Origin: an uncultured Bacilli bacterium
Lineage (GTDB): Bacteria; Bacillota_I; Bacilli_A; RFN20; CAG-449
Length of the DNA: 64,000 nt
Direction of reading: 5' to 3'
Assembly (NCBI GenBank): GCA_947591215.1
Contig: CANQCZ010000005.1
Coordinates: 1,630-65,629, forward strand
Numbering within the stretch: position 1 is the first letter of the stretch; every line of letters starts with the position of its first letter. Shown one piece after another: positions 18,854-28,695 of the stretch. The notes below the pieces were generated by a model, which made no database searches, had not been told where the DNA came from, and saw nothing but the letters and a program-made list of their open reading frames with translations. The translations under genes and the position numbers were made by a program.

Positions 18854-21220
18854 ATGGAAGAAACTATTGAGAGATTAAAAATCGATATTGTTAGTGATAC
18901 TAAAAACGCTTCTACTGATATTAAAAAATTAGCGTCCGCCTTTCGTGTTCTTAAAAAAGCCACTGAGGATATTAGTACCCTTAAAAGTGTTTATAATACA
19001 TTAAAGAAAATTGACGCTTTAAGTTTCAAAAATCCTATTAAAGGTTTAAATAGCATTGTGACTGCTTTTAAGGCTATTAACACTAAGAAACTATCTGCTC
19101 CAATCCTTGATGAAAAACCGGTAGATTTAACACCGAAAACAGGTTCTACTAGCATGACAAACTCTGCTATGGCTAGTAGTGATATTGAATCTACCAAACT
19201 TGACCTTGAGCAATTTAAAAAACTAGGTGAAATGTTTAATTTGGACTCTAGTTTTATAGATAAATTGTCTACAGGAAAAGCTGTAGCTGATGATCTCTTA
19301 AAATCATTTAAAGCAAATGGTGACGAATTACAACGAGAAAGACAACAAATCGAAGATTTAACAGCTCGTATTAATGAACTTCCAAAAGTAAAAAATATTT
19401 TTGGTGAAGATAAGTTATCTAGTGAAGCTAGTAAATTAAGTGGAATAAGAGATCAATTATTATCAATATATCAAGCAAAAGAAGAAGTAGCTAATACTGC
19501 TACCAATATTATGGGTAATCTTAATTCTTCTATTTTAGCAAATGATACGGCAGAGGCTACTACTCAATTACAAAATTTACAAAATGAATTATCAAAATTA
19601 TCAAAGTACAAATCTTCTTTCGATTCTTTAGGTAATAGCGCTAATTCTATGATTGAAAAACTAAATAAAGGAACTAGTAAAGTATCTAAATTTGTTGCGT
19701 CATTAGGACGAATTGCTTTATATAGAGCAATACGATCAATATTAAAATCGTTTACTGAGGGACTACAAGATCTTGCTAAATTTGATTCAAAATTTAATGA
19801 ATCGATGAGCGAAATTAAAAGTGATATGACTTATATTCGCAATTCATTAATTTCTTTAGTGGCGCCTATTATAGAAGTTTTAACACCAATCTTTACAGCT
19901 CTTACCGATGTTATTGTATCACTTATCGACAAACTAACATTAATGTTCAATGTTTTAGCAGGTAATACTACTTATACTAAAGCAACTAAAACGGTAGAAG
20001 ATTATGCAAATGCATTAAAACAAGCTCAATCTCAAGCAACAGGATTTGATGAAATTAACGTCTTAAAAACTGATGACAATACTTCTATTGACGATATGTT
20101 TGCAACCGTCGAAATTGATTCGTCACAAATAAATGAAGCGATAGCATTAGCAACTACTTTAGGTACGATTTTAGTTGGGCTTTCTATCGTAAAAGTTGTC
20201 GAGGGTGCTACTGATTTAGTAAAATTGTTTAAAAATGTAAAGAGTGCTCTTACTGCAATTAAAACATTACTTTCAACAGGTGGAATTATGGGTCTATTAA
20301 AGAAAATAGGACCATTAGTATTAGGTATATCAGGAACTCTAATGATTGTTTATGGATTTGTTGATGGCATTGTTAACGGTTTTAATTGGCAAAACGTTCT
20401 TATTATTCTCGGCGGTATAGCTGCACTTTGTGTTTCAATCGGCTTATCTATTGGGTGGATTCCTGCCTTAATTGTCGCAATTATTGCGGTTGTAGCGTTG
20501 CTTGTAGCGGTAGTTATTCAATATTGGGAAGATATAAAAGCGTTTTTTATAAATTTATGGACTTCAATTTCCAATTTCTTTGTTGACTTATGGAACGATA
20601 TCGTTGCCGTTTGGGAAAATGTGAGTAATTGGTTTGTGGATCTCTTTACTTCTGCATGGGAGGGAATAAAAAATGCATGGAGCGCTGTAACAGACTTTTT
20701 TTCAAATATTTGGACATCAATTAAAATAGGTTTTTTTAATGCTATTAATGGAGTAATCTCAGGGTTTGAAAGTTTTATAAACTTTTTTGTCAAGGGTATA
20801 AACACTATTATAAAAGGAATTAATAGTATTCATATTGATATACCTGATTGGTTAGGTGGTGGATATATAGGATTTAATATTTCTTATATTTCTGAAGTTA
20901 AATTAGGACGAATTTCTGGTTATGAAGTTGGTGGATTTCCTAAATCAGGCGAGTTGTATATGGCTAGAGAAAATGGAATAAGTGAAATGGTTGGTCGATT
21001 TGGTTCGCGTGCTACAGTCGCAAATAATGACCAAATTATAGAGGGTATTAAACGTGGTGTTTATGAGGCAATGATGGAATCAAAATCTAATACTGATAAC
21101 GATAATATTGTTATTCAAATTTTAGATCGTAACGGACGTATCCAATCTGAACAAATTATATCTAGTGCTGAACGACGTAATCGACGCGACGGCAAAAAAA
21201 TAATTGCTGTAGGTGTATAA
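18854..21220 (+). CDS. Tail tape measure protein
   Basis: 788 aa. N-terminal coiled coil, central hydrophobic segments, and W-x-x-I/FF tandem repeats (NFFVDLWNDIVAVWENVSNWFVDLF...). Confidence 0.8.
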   Translation: MEETIERLKIDIVSDTKNASTDIKKLASAFRVLKKATEDISTLKSVYNTLKKIDALSFKNPIKGLNSIVTAFKAINTKKLSAPILDEKPVDLTPKTGSTSMTNSAMASSDIESTKLDLEQFKKLGEMFNLDSSFIDKLSTGKAVADDLLKSFKANGDELQRERQQIEDLTARINELPKVKNIFGEDKLSSEASKLSGIRDQLLSIYQAKEEVANTATNIMGNLNSSILANDTAEATTQLQNLQNELSKLSKYKSSFDSLGNSANSMIEKLNKGTSKVSKFVASLGRIALYRAIRSILKSFTEGLQDLAKFDSKFNESMSEIKSDMTYIRNSLISLVAPIIEVLTPIFTALTDVIVSLIDKLTLMFNVLAGNTTYTKATKTVEDYANALKQAQSQATGFDEINVLKTDDNTSIDDMFATVEIDSSQINEAIALATTLGTILVGLSIVKVVEGATDLVKLFKNVKSALTAIKTLLSTGGIMGLLKKIGPLVLGISGTLMIVYGFVDGIVNGFNWQNVLIILGGIAALCVSIGLSIGWIPALIVAIIAVVALLVAVVIQYWEDIKAFFINLWTSISNFFVDLWNDIVAVWENVSNWFVDLFTSAWEGIKNAWSAVTDFFSNIWTSIKIGFFNAINGVISGFESFINFFVKGINTIIKGINSIHIDIPDWLGGGYIGFNISYISEVKLGRISGYEVGGFPKSGELYMARENGISEMVGRFGSRATVANNDQIIEGIKRGVYEAMMESKSNTDNDNIVIQILDRNGRIQSEQIISSAERRNRRDGKKIIAVGV

Positions 21221-21233
21221 AGGAGGTTCATTT

Positions 21234-21626
21234 ATGGCTGAATATAATAAATATAATCCTATAAGATCCATAGACGGACTTCGTGTACCTTGCCCATCTT
21301 CTTATCAATGGTCATTAGAAGATTTATCCGCAAATGACGCAGGAAGAACCGAAGATACAAGAATGGATAAAAAACGTATTGGACAAGTCGTTAAATTAAA
21401 TTTAGAATGGGTTAACGTTCCTATAAAAGACGCCTCAGAGCTTTTAAAAATTTTTAACCCTGAATATATCTCAGTATGTTATTTAGACGCCATGACGGGC
21501 GAATACGTAACATCTGAGTTCTATGTTGGGAATCGTACAGCACCATTATATAATGCTAGAGTTAATCGTTGGACAAAGATTTCATTTAATCTTATCGAAC
21601 GTTCGGGGGTGAAAGAAGATGTATAA
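21234..21626 (+). CDS. Tail protein (possible distal tail component)
   Basis: RBS AGGAGG, then ATG at 21234. Position after the tape measure gene. Confidence 0.35.
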   Translation: MAEYNKYNPIRSIDGLRVPCPSSYQWSLEDLSANDAGRTEDTRMDKKRIGQVVKLNLEWVNVPIKDASELLKIFNPEYISVCYLDAMTGEYVTSEFYVGNRTAPLYNARVNRWTKISFNLIERSGVKEDV

Positions 21627-24171
21627 ACTTTCGGACGATGTTATTGAATTATTTAAAAAGAATTATAGACAAATTGTGTCAATAACTTTTCGAGGTCTTA
21701 CCAAAACTATAGAATTAACTGAATCCGATATTATGGAGGGCGGATTATCGGTTGACCGTTATTGTACATCGGGAAGCAAAATTGAAATAGGTTCTGCCAT
21801 ATCTGCTGAATTAACTCTCGATTTAGATAATAGAGACGGGAAATTTGATGATGTTAGATTTGAGGGTGCTGAATTATTTGTGCAAATCGGTATTAAAAAG
21901 TGGGACGCTGTAGCATGGGAAAATGCTGTTATACATTGGATCCCTATAGGGTATTTCACCGTTGATGAAACACCACGAAAACTTAGCACTATAAATTTGA
22001 CAGCATTAGATAGAATGGTTCTATTTGATAAAGAAATAGATCGTAATAGATTATTTGAGGGTATGAATGTTAAGGATCTTATTTCTATATGTTGTGAAGC
22101 GTGTAGCGTTCCATTATCAACGGATTTATCCAATACAGTAGGAAAGTTTCTAGATTTAATCGTTTCAGAAATTCCGACACCATCAAATAATGAATTTACT
22201 TATAGACAACTTATTCAGTGGATAGCCGAATTATCGGGTACTTGTGCTTATATCGATTGGAACGGAAGCTTGTGTTTTGGTTGGTATAATGATTTATACT
22301 TTGAATTAGATCCATCTACTCGTTATACTTCTGATTTATACGAAAACGATATTACAATTACAGGAGTTCAAGTAAGTGCTGATGACGACAATGTTTATAT
22401 CGTTGGAAATACTGATTATGCGTTTAATATTGAGGGAAATTATTTAATTATTGGAAAAGAACAAGAAATAGCAAATATGCTAGGTGATAAATTAATTGGA
22501 TTTACTTATCGCCCGTATTCATGTACTTTTAAATCCGCACCATTTCTTTATCCTTTAGATAGTGTTGTGTTTATTGATAAAAAGGGAATAAAGCATAAGA
22601 GCATAATTACTCATATAAATTATAAAATTAACCGTTCAACGGAAATTAGCGGTAAGGGAGAAACTCCTACCAAGAATGGTTATGCTTCGTTAAATCCTTT
22701 AACAAAGCAAGAATCAATTATCATGGAAAAAATAAAGAATGAGTTTAATCAGGATTTAACTATTCAAGAGCAAAATACATTGCGAATGAATGAAATTATA
22801 TCCAATTCATTCGGTTTATATATAACTGCTATTAAACAACCCGATGGAACAAATGTTTACTACTATCACGATAAAGAAAAAGTTGAAGATAGTAAAATAA
22901 TTTACACATTCGGAAACGGAGGCTTTGCGTGGACTAATGATTGGAACAAAGGCAATCCTGTTTGGCAATATGGTTTTACTAAAGAGGGAAATGCTGTTTT
23001 TAATATTTTATCTACTTATAAAATATCTGCTGAATATATTGACGCTAGCAATTTAAAAATCAGTGCTGATAATGTTACGGGTTTAAACGTCTATGTCAAA
23101 AAAGACGAAAACGATCAAGTTGTCAGTATGCTTAATGCGTCATTAGATGTTATTTCGCTAAAATCTAATAGACTCTCGATTGATAGTGATAATTTTAAAT
23201 TAAGCACTGATGGTAAAATTATTGCAATAGGTGGAACAATTGGAGGATTTGAAATCGGTAAAACATCATTATGGAGCAACATTTCTTCAATGACTACCAC
23301 TGATAAAGAGGGAGTATATCTCGGTCACGATGGAATCAATTTAGGAGGAAATTTTATTGTCACTAAGTCAGGTGATGTGTCTATCACAAAAGGTAGTATT
23401 CGTTTAGGTGAAAAGCTTAATAATTATTCGTATATTGTCAATGTTACTAATAGTGGTTTTTCTTATGATAGTGGCACAAAAAATAGTGATCGTTATATTC
23501 ATATGAATTTAGATTATAATGGACTAACATTGAAAAATTATTGGCCTGACGTGGGTGCGGATAATTATATGTTTATTGGATCACAGGGTGATATTTACGG
23601 ATATGGGGCTTCTCCTTATAATGCTATTAAAACATATCCGTCGTTATTTATTTCCGCTCAAGATACAGAAAATGATTTTACATATCTGAATGTAGCTTAT
23701 ATCGATTTAGAAACTTCTTCTTCCAAAAATCTATCAACATTAAGTACATTTGCAACGAATACAACGCTTTCTACTGTCGTTTCTGGCAAATTAAGTGGAA
23801 CTTGGGTAAATGATAGTGGAAGCGCAATTACTTCTGATAGAACACTTAAACATGATATTGAGGATCTTGAAGACGCTTATTCTACTTTCTTTGATAAGTT
23901 AAAACCAATCAAATACAAATATAATAACGGAACTTCAAATCGATTTCATACAGGATTCATTGCTCAAGATGTAGAGGTAGCTATTAAGGAAGCAGGGTTA
24001 TCGACTGATGACTTTGCCGGTTATCTTTTAATCCACGATCTTGATGATAAAAAAAATGAAATAACCTATTTAGCACTTCGCTATAGTGAATTTGTTGCAT
24101 TATGTGTAAATGAAATTCAAAAATTAAAAAAACGTATCAGTAATTTAGAAAAAGGAGGTATAACATCATGA
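21619..24171 (+). CDS. Tail fiber / tail-associated protein with a C-terminal S74-type intramolecular chaperone domain
   Basis: C-terminal DRTLKHDIEDLEDAYSTFFDKLKPIKYKY...HTGFIAQDVE matches the auto-cleaving chaperone domain of tail fibers and endosialidases. Confidence 0.65.
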   Translation: MYKLSDDVIELFKKNYRQIVSITFRGLTKTIELTESDIMEGGLSVDRYCTSGSKIEIGSAISAELTLDLDNRDGKFDDVRFEGAELFVQIGIKKWDAVAWENAVIHWIPIGYFTVDETPRKLSTINLTALDRMVLFDKEIDRNRLFEGMNVKDLISICCEACSVPLSTDLSNTVGKFLDLIVSEIPTPSNNEFTYRQLIQWIAELSGTCAYIDWNGSLCFGWYNDLYFELDPSTRYTSDLYENDITITGVQVSADDDNVYIVGNTDYAFNIEGNYLIIGKEQEIANMLGDKLIGFTYRPYSCTFKSAPFLYPLDSVVFIDKKGIKHKSIITHINYKINRSTEISGKGETPTKNGYASLNPLTKQESIIMEKIKNEFNQDLTIQEQNTLRMNEIISNSFGLYITAIKQPDGTNVYYYHDKEKVEDSKIIYTFGNGGFAWTNDWNKGNPVWQYGFTKEGNAVFNILSTYKISAEYIDASNLKISADNVTGLNVYVKKDENDQVVSMLNASLDVISLKSNRLSIDSDNFKLSTDGKIIAIGGTIGGFEIGKTSLWSNISSMTTTDKEGVYLGHDGINLGGNFIVTKSGDVSITKGSIRLGEKLNNYSYIVNVTNSGFSYDSGTKNSDRYIHMNLDYNGLTLKNYWPDVGADNYMFIGSQGDIYGYGASPYNAIKTYPSLFISAQDTENDFTYLNVAYIDLETSSSKNLSTLSTFATNTTLSTVVSGKLSGTWVNDSGSAITSDRTLKHDIEDLEDAYSTFFDKLKPIKYKYNNGTSNRFHTGFIAQDVEVAIKEAGLSTDDFAGYLLIHDLDDKKNEITYLALRYSEFVALCVNEIQKLKKRISNLEKGGITS

Positions 24172-24404
24172 AAACTGATAATAACGTAGAAAGACCATTT
24201 TGTCTAGAATTAGACGACGCTAAACGCGAGATCTACGATTCAATCACGGAAATTTCTCGTAAGCGAAAAATCCCTTACTACATGCTCGAATTTATCTTAA
24301 ATGAAGCATTAGTACAAGTTAACATAGGGGCAAATCGAGAACGAGAAATGTCCAAAATCAATTACGAAAGACAACTATCAGAAATCTCTAAAGAAAAGAA
24401 ATAA
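24168..24404 (+). CDS. Hypothetical small tail-region protein
   Basis: 78-aa ORF overlapping neighbouring genes. Confidence 0.3.
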   Translation: MKTDNNVERPFCLELDDAKREIYDSITEISRKRKIPYYMLEFILNEALVQVNIGANREREMSKINYERQLSEISKEKK

Positions 24405-24418
24405 GGAGGATTACTATT

Positions 24419-26014
24419 ATGAATGATATTATTAGAGAACTTACAATAGACGTATCAAAAGAAAATATTTTCTCAGCTATCTTAGCTAAACAATATGATA
24501 AAAATACTCGTTATATTTTAGCTACAATTACTAATCTAGGTAAAAAAATTGACGTGGATAGAAATAGTACAGTTATTATTAATTTTAGACGTCCTGATAA
24601 AGAATCTCATTCGTTTATCGGATCTGTTGAAGAAGATGGAAGAGTAAAAGTTCCTATTCCATATTGGGCGCTCGAAATAAATGGAGCAGTAACTGCGGAT
24701 ATTTCAATGTGTATGGCAGACGAAAGATTAACTACATTAAGGTTTATTATTCAAGTTGAAGAGGCGACGTTTAATGGGGCTACACCTATTATTACAACTT
24801 CAAAAATATATGGTGTTTCAGGTATCGGCAATGAAAATCCTGTTTTAACACGTACTAATGACGCTGTAGGTGTTTCTTTATCAGTTACGGAACGTGATAT
24901 TTACAAAGAGTGTGTTGCCAATGATGTTGATTTTCAAAAATTTTTCGACTTTCCACAATACACCGATGAATTAGGCAATGTTTTCATCACAATTACACCA
25001 AAGTCATTTAAGATTGATTTCACTAATGACGGGGAAATTACTGCTATTAGCGTTAAAGAGTATGAACGTGGCGATGAAAATCTTGGTTTCTTTGTTCACC
25101 CATTCTTTAAAAAATGGACATCTGAAACTACATATAATGGTGTTGTATCGAGAGATATTGCTAAATATTTGTCATCGGCTTACGACAAAGTCAATGGCGA
25201 GGTATTTGAGGGTAGTATTAGTGAATCAAATAAAAATAATATAGTAGTTAGATCCGTACCAAATGAAGATTATACTAAATCTTCTGCTTCTTGGGAGCTT
25301 GGAAGAGAAGTTATTAAAAACACGAACGAATCATACGGAATTATGTCATGGTTATTTATTGATTTGTTTAGAACATTATGTCTCATTTATTTTGCAAGAA
25401 CCGATTTAAATAATTTATTTCATATTGAATTTGAATATAGTGATGACGAATACTCGAGACAGTACGATCCTCTTGAACACGGAACTACAACGGGTGCAAC
25501 AGATGATATCGATTCTCACACAGGATATAATACTGAAACACACCAATTTAAAATTTTTAATATTGATGACGCACTTGCCTGTATAACAGTAGATGGTTGC
25601 TACCAAACAAAAGATGGATTTTATTATTCATATTTATTTGATTTTGACGCTTCTAAAGATGTTGGAGCACATAAATCAATGTTATCAACAAAAGTAACAA
25701 GTTATGATGGCGAATACGATATTATTACTAAAATGAGTTATGACATCGACGAACCCGCATTTAAAGTTGCGACAGCTATGCGTCATGCAACCAACACTAA
25801 TCCTGTTGATAGTGTGCAAAATATTTACTATTCTGCTAAACACAAACTTTACATAATAGAAGACGATTCACGCGGACAGTTATATTCTTTTGCTTGGTCT
25901 AACTATGACGTATACCCTGATTGGGGGGTCTTCTTCTCGTTTTGGGATAGCGGGTTCGTCTACTGTTGGGACAACGACAGCAACGCCGTCCGCCTTTGCA
26001 AATCACCTTTTTAA
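24419..26014 (+). CDS. DGR target protein 1: distal tail fiber / receptor-binding protein with a C-terminal variable C-type-lectin-like region
   Basis: C-terminus ...DWGVFFSFWDSGFVYCWDNDSNAVRLCKSPF. The 3' 80 nt make up VR1, which matches TR. Confidence 0.7.
   Translation: MNDIIRELTIDVSKENIFSAILAKQYDKNTRYILATITNLGKKIDVDRNSTVIINFRRPDKESHSFIGSVEEDGRVKVPIPYWALEINGAVTADISMCMADERLTTLRFIIQVEEATFNGATPIITTSKIYGVSGIGNENPVLTRTNDAVGVSLSVTERDIYKECVANDVDFQKFFDFPQYTDELGNVFITITPKSFKIDFTNDGEITAISVKEYERGDENLGFFVHPFFKKWTSETTYNGVVSRDIAKYLSSAYDKVNGEVFEGSISESNKNNIVVRSVPNEDYTKSSASWELGREVIKNTNESYGIMSWLFIDLFRTLCLIYFARTDLNNLFHIEFEYSDDEYSRQYDPLEHGTTTGATDDIDSHTGYNTETHQFKIFNIDDALACITVDGCYQTKDGFYYSYLFDFDASKDVGAHKSMLSTKVTSYDGEYDIITKMSYDIDEPAFKVATAMRHATNTNPVDSVQNIYYSAKHKLYIIEDDSRGQLYSFAWSNYDVYPDWGVFFSFWDSGFVYCWDNDSNAVRLCKSPF
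25924..26003 (+). repeat. DGR variable repeat VR1
   Basis: Aligns base-for-base with 26121-26200. About 10 mismatches, all where TR has A. The 3' end ctttgcaaa is shared with VR2 and differs from TR (atctgctaa), consistent with IMH versus IMH*. A GC hairpin taaggggtgtcccctta lies at 26024-26040. Confidence 0.8.
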
Positions 26015-26120
26015 CGGGGTTGGTAAGGGGTGTCCCCTTACTATTACAAAACCCGTAGGGTCGCGCTATAATAAAAATAGGGATTATATTGCCCTGACGT
26101 GTGGTTTGGCTCTGTTTCTC

Positions 26121-26200
26121 TTGGGTCTTCTTCTCGAATTGGAATAACAGGTTCAACAACTGTTGGAACAACGACAACAACGCCGTCCGCATCTGCTAAT
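26121..26200 (+). repeat. DGR template repeat (TR)
   Basis: Non-coding copy of the VR sequence, rich in adenines, between the target gene and the RT. Confidence 0.8.
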
Positions 26201-26322
26201 AGATGTATTAAAAATTATGCAATATAATTCCTTACCTCTTGGTAAAAAGTAAATTCATAAAAGGCGTTGGCTAGTAGTGAAATATCGAACATCAACGAAG
26301 AATTAGCAAAGGAGTTGAAGTA

Positions 26323-27342
26323 ATGAAAACAATTAAAAACCTTTATAGTAATTTACTCTCAAAAGAGAAAATAAAATTAATTCTTTTAAAGAGTATCAAA
26401 GGCAAACCGTATGCTTTGAAAATTCAAAACAATGTTGACGAATATGTTAACCTTACTTATGAACATTTAGTAAATGAAACATACGACTTAAAGCCTGTAA
26501 AAAAAGTTATAATTCATGATAGAAAAAAAGATCGTGAAATAACGAAAAGTCCTTATTATCCTAATAAAATTTTTGATTATTTAATTGTCAGTCAATTAGA
26601 AAGCATGATAACAAAATCAATGTTTCATTGGTGTATTGGTAATGTTAAAGGACGTGGAAAAGATATCGGGCTATCTTACTTAGAAAAACACATGAAAAAT
26701 TACAAGTATGCTTTAAAACTCGATATTAAAAAATTCTATGATAACATAGATAAAAAAATCTTACTGAATCTTTTGTCAAAAAGAGTTCATGACAAAAAAT
26801 TTCTCAATTTTTATAGTAAGGTCGTCGGTCAAGATGGAAAAGGACTTGACTTAGGGCTTAATTCAAGTCAATGGCTTTCCAATTTTTATCTTCAAGGATT
26901 AGATTATTATATCAAACAAACATTAAAAGCTAAAATATACGTCCGATATGTAGACGATATGATAATTTTAGGAAACAACAAGCGCCGTCTTCATTATTAT
27001 ATAAGAGCGATTCAAGATTATTTATACAAAAATTTAGGATTACGGCTAAAAGAGAATTATCAGCTGTTAAACCTCACTAAAAACGATCAAATAGAATTTT
27101 TAGGATATAAGTTAACACCAAAAGAAACCACTCTTATTAAGCCATTGTTTTATCGTTTCGTGAGGTTATATAAGAGAATGGGTGATAAGTCTAAAAGACG
27201 TGCTAAAACTCTTGTATCATTGTGGGGTTGGTTTAAACGATCTACTTATTCTTATGTTTATTATAAAAAGTATCTTGAGCCAATTATACCATTTAAAAAT
27301 ATAAGAATGTTATTACAAAAAAGGAGGAAAAAATTAGCATGA
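26323..27342 (+). CDS. DGR reverse transcriptase
   Basis: RT motifs, including YVRYVDDMIILG (YxDD box). Size 339 aa. Immediately downstream of TR. Confidence 0.85.
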   Translation: MKTIKNLYSNLLSKEKIKLILLKSIKGKPYALKIQNNVDEYVNLTYEHLVNETYDLKPVKKVIIHDRKKDREITKSPYYPNKIFDYLIVSQLESMITKSMFHWCIGNVKGRGKDIGLSYLEKHMKNYKYALKLDIKKFYDNIDKKILLNLLSKRVHDKKFLNFYSKVVGQDGKGLDLGLNSSQWLSNFYLQGLDYYIKQTLKAKIYVRYVDDMIILGNNKRRLHYYIRAIQDYLYKNLGLRLKENYQLLNLTKNDQIEFLGYKLTPKETTLIKPLFYRFVRLYKRMGDKSKRRAKTLVSLWGWFKRSTYSYVYYKKYLEPIIPFKNIRMLLQKRRKKLA

Positions 27343-27956
27343 AAATAAATGATGTTATTACACAAAGTTTTAAAAAACAATTAATCGAAAATCTTAATAA
27401 AATTGGTATTACTACTTCTAGTATTGAATGTATTTTGCTTGAGGGAAGTGCGTTATATCTACAACAACCGAACGATATTGATTTTAAAGTAATACTAAAA
27501 CGTTATTTCAATAAAGCAGAGATGAGAAGATGTTTTTTCATCAATGGTTATACGGTTGAATGCGTTTATTACACATTTGATGATTGGGCGAATGTAACTA
27601 AATATAAGTCAAACGCTCAATATATCGTTGAAAGTAAAGACATGATTTGTATTTATGGTAACGATTCAAAATTTTTTAGATATGATGTTGTTACTAATAA
27701 AGAATTGCAAAGCTATATTATAAATGTCTATGATAAACTTTTTTTCAATTATAAAGAAAACGATAAAACTAATAAAATGAGCGACAAGCGGTTATGGAAT
27801 TTTCTATTATTTGCATTCAAATTACAAAATAATGACGATAATTTATCAGACGAGCAATTAGAATTGTTACAAAAAGCACATGATTTGGAATTAAACAAGG
27901 AAGATTATTTACCTTTATTTAATGAATTAAAAGAAAGAATTTTAATTACATCATAA
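27339..27956 (+). CDS. Nucleotidyltransferase-fold protein, translationally coupled to the RT. Possible DGR accessory or moron gene.
   Basis: The ATG overlaps the RT stop (ATGA). Minimal NTase motif LEGSALYLQQPNDIDFKV (GS-x9-DxD). Confidence 0.4.
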   Translation: MKINDVITQSFKKQLIENLNKIGITTSSIECILLEGSALYLQQPNDIDFKVILKRYFNKAEMRRCFFINGYTVECVYYTFDDWANVTKYKSNAQYIVESKDMICIYGNDSKFFRYDVVTNKELQSYIINVYDKLFFNYKENDKTNKMSDKRLWNFLLFAFKLQNNDDNLSDEQLELLQKAHDLELNKEDYLPLFNELKERILITS

Positions 27957-27969
27957 TAAGGAGGAATAA

Positions 27970-28296
27970 TTGGTGTCGAAATTATCATCAACACCTGTTT
28001 CAGATCATGACAGCATAATTCAACTCGATGGTGAAATTAAATCGATTAAACGACGTGTAAGTGCGATAGAAAAACAAATAGCCGTAACTCAAGACTTAAC
28101 ATTATCAGTCAATAAACTTGCCACTAATATGGATAATATGCTTAAAGAACAAGTAAAACAGGGTGAACGGTTAGATAAAATGGAACGTGCACCAATAGAA
28201 GAGGCAAAATATTACAAACGACAAATTATCAGTTGTATTATTACATCAATCGTTGGAGCGATTGTCGGGGCAATCTTATGTTTAATTTTAAAATAA
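27970..28296 (+). CDS. XhlA-like lysis-associated membrane protein
   Basis: N-terminal coiled coil plus a single C-terminal TM segment (IISCIITSIVGAIVGAILCLIL). RBS AGGAGG. Confidence 0.4.
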   Translation: MVSKLSSTPVSDHDSIIQLDGEIKSIKRRVSAIEKQIAVTQDLTLSVNKLATNMDNMLKEQVKQGERLDKMERAPIEEAKYYKRQIISCIITSIVGAIVGAILCLILK

Positions 28297-28308
28297 GGAG
28301 GAACCCAC

Positions 28309-28695
28309 ATGAAAGAAATATTATTATATATTGTCGAGGGATTAATTTCTGTTTTATTAACCGTCATTACAGCTTATCTCATTCCATACTTAATAAATAA
28401 GTATTCAAATGATAAAAACAAAAAAATGCTTCTTGCACTTAATGATGTTATATCAAATGGTGTAAAAAATATTTATCAAACGTTTGTTCAAGAAATAAAA
28501 GGAACAGATAAATGGACTAAAGAAACGCAAGAAGAAGCGTTAAAAAAATGCTATTTATTTATTCAAGAGAATTTAACAGAAGATCTAAAAAATTGGTTGA
28601 ACAAATACTCTAACGACATAGAAGCATTTATCAAAGGTCTTATTGAAGCAGAAATTTATTCTCTTAAAGCAATTAATTCAAAGACTGTAGCTTAG
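28309..28695 (+). CDS. Holin
   Basis: 128 aa with an N-terminal TM (LLYIVEGLISVLLTVITAYLIPYLI) and a charged C-terminus. RBS AGGAGG. Sits at the end of the phage late operon. Confidence 0.5.
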   Translation: MKEILLYIVEGLISVLLTVITAYLIPYLINKYSNDKNKKMLLALNDVISNGVKNIYQTFVQEIKGTDKWTKETQEEALKKCYLFIQENLTEDLKNWLNKYSNDIEAFIKGLIEAEIYSLKAINSKTVA

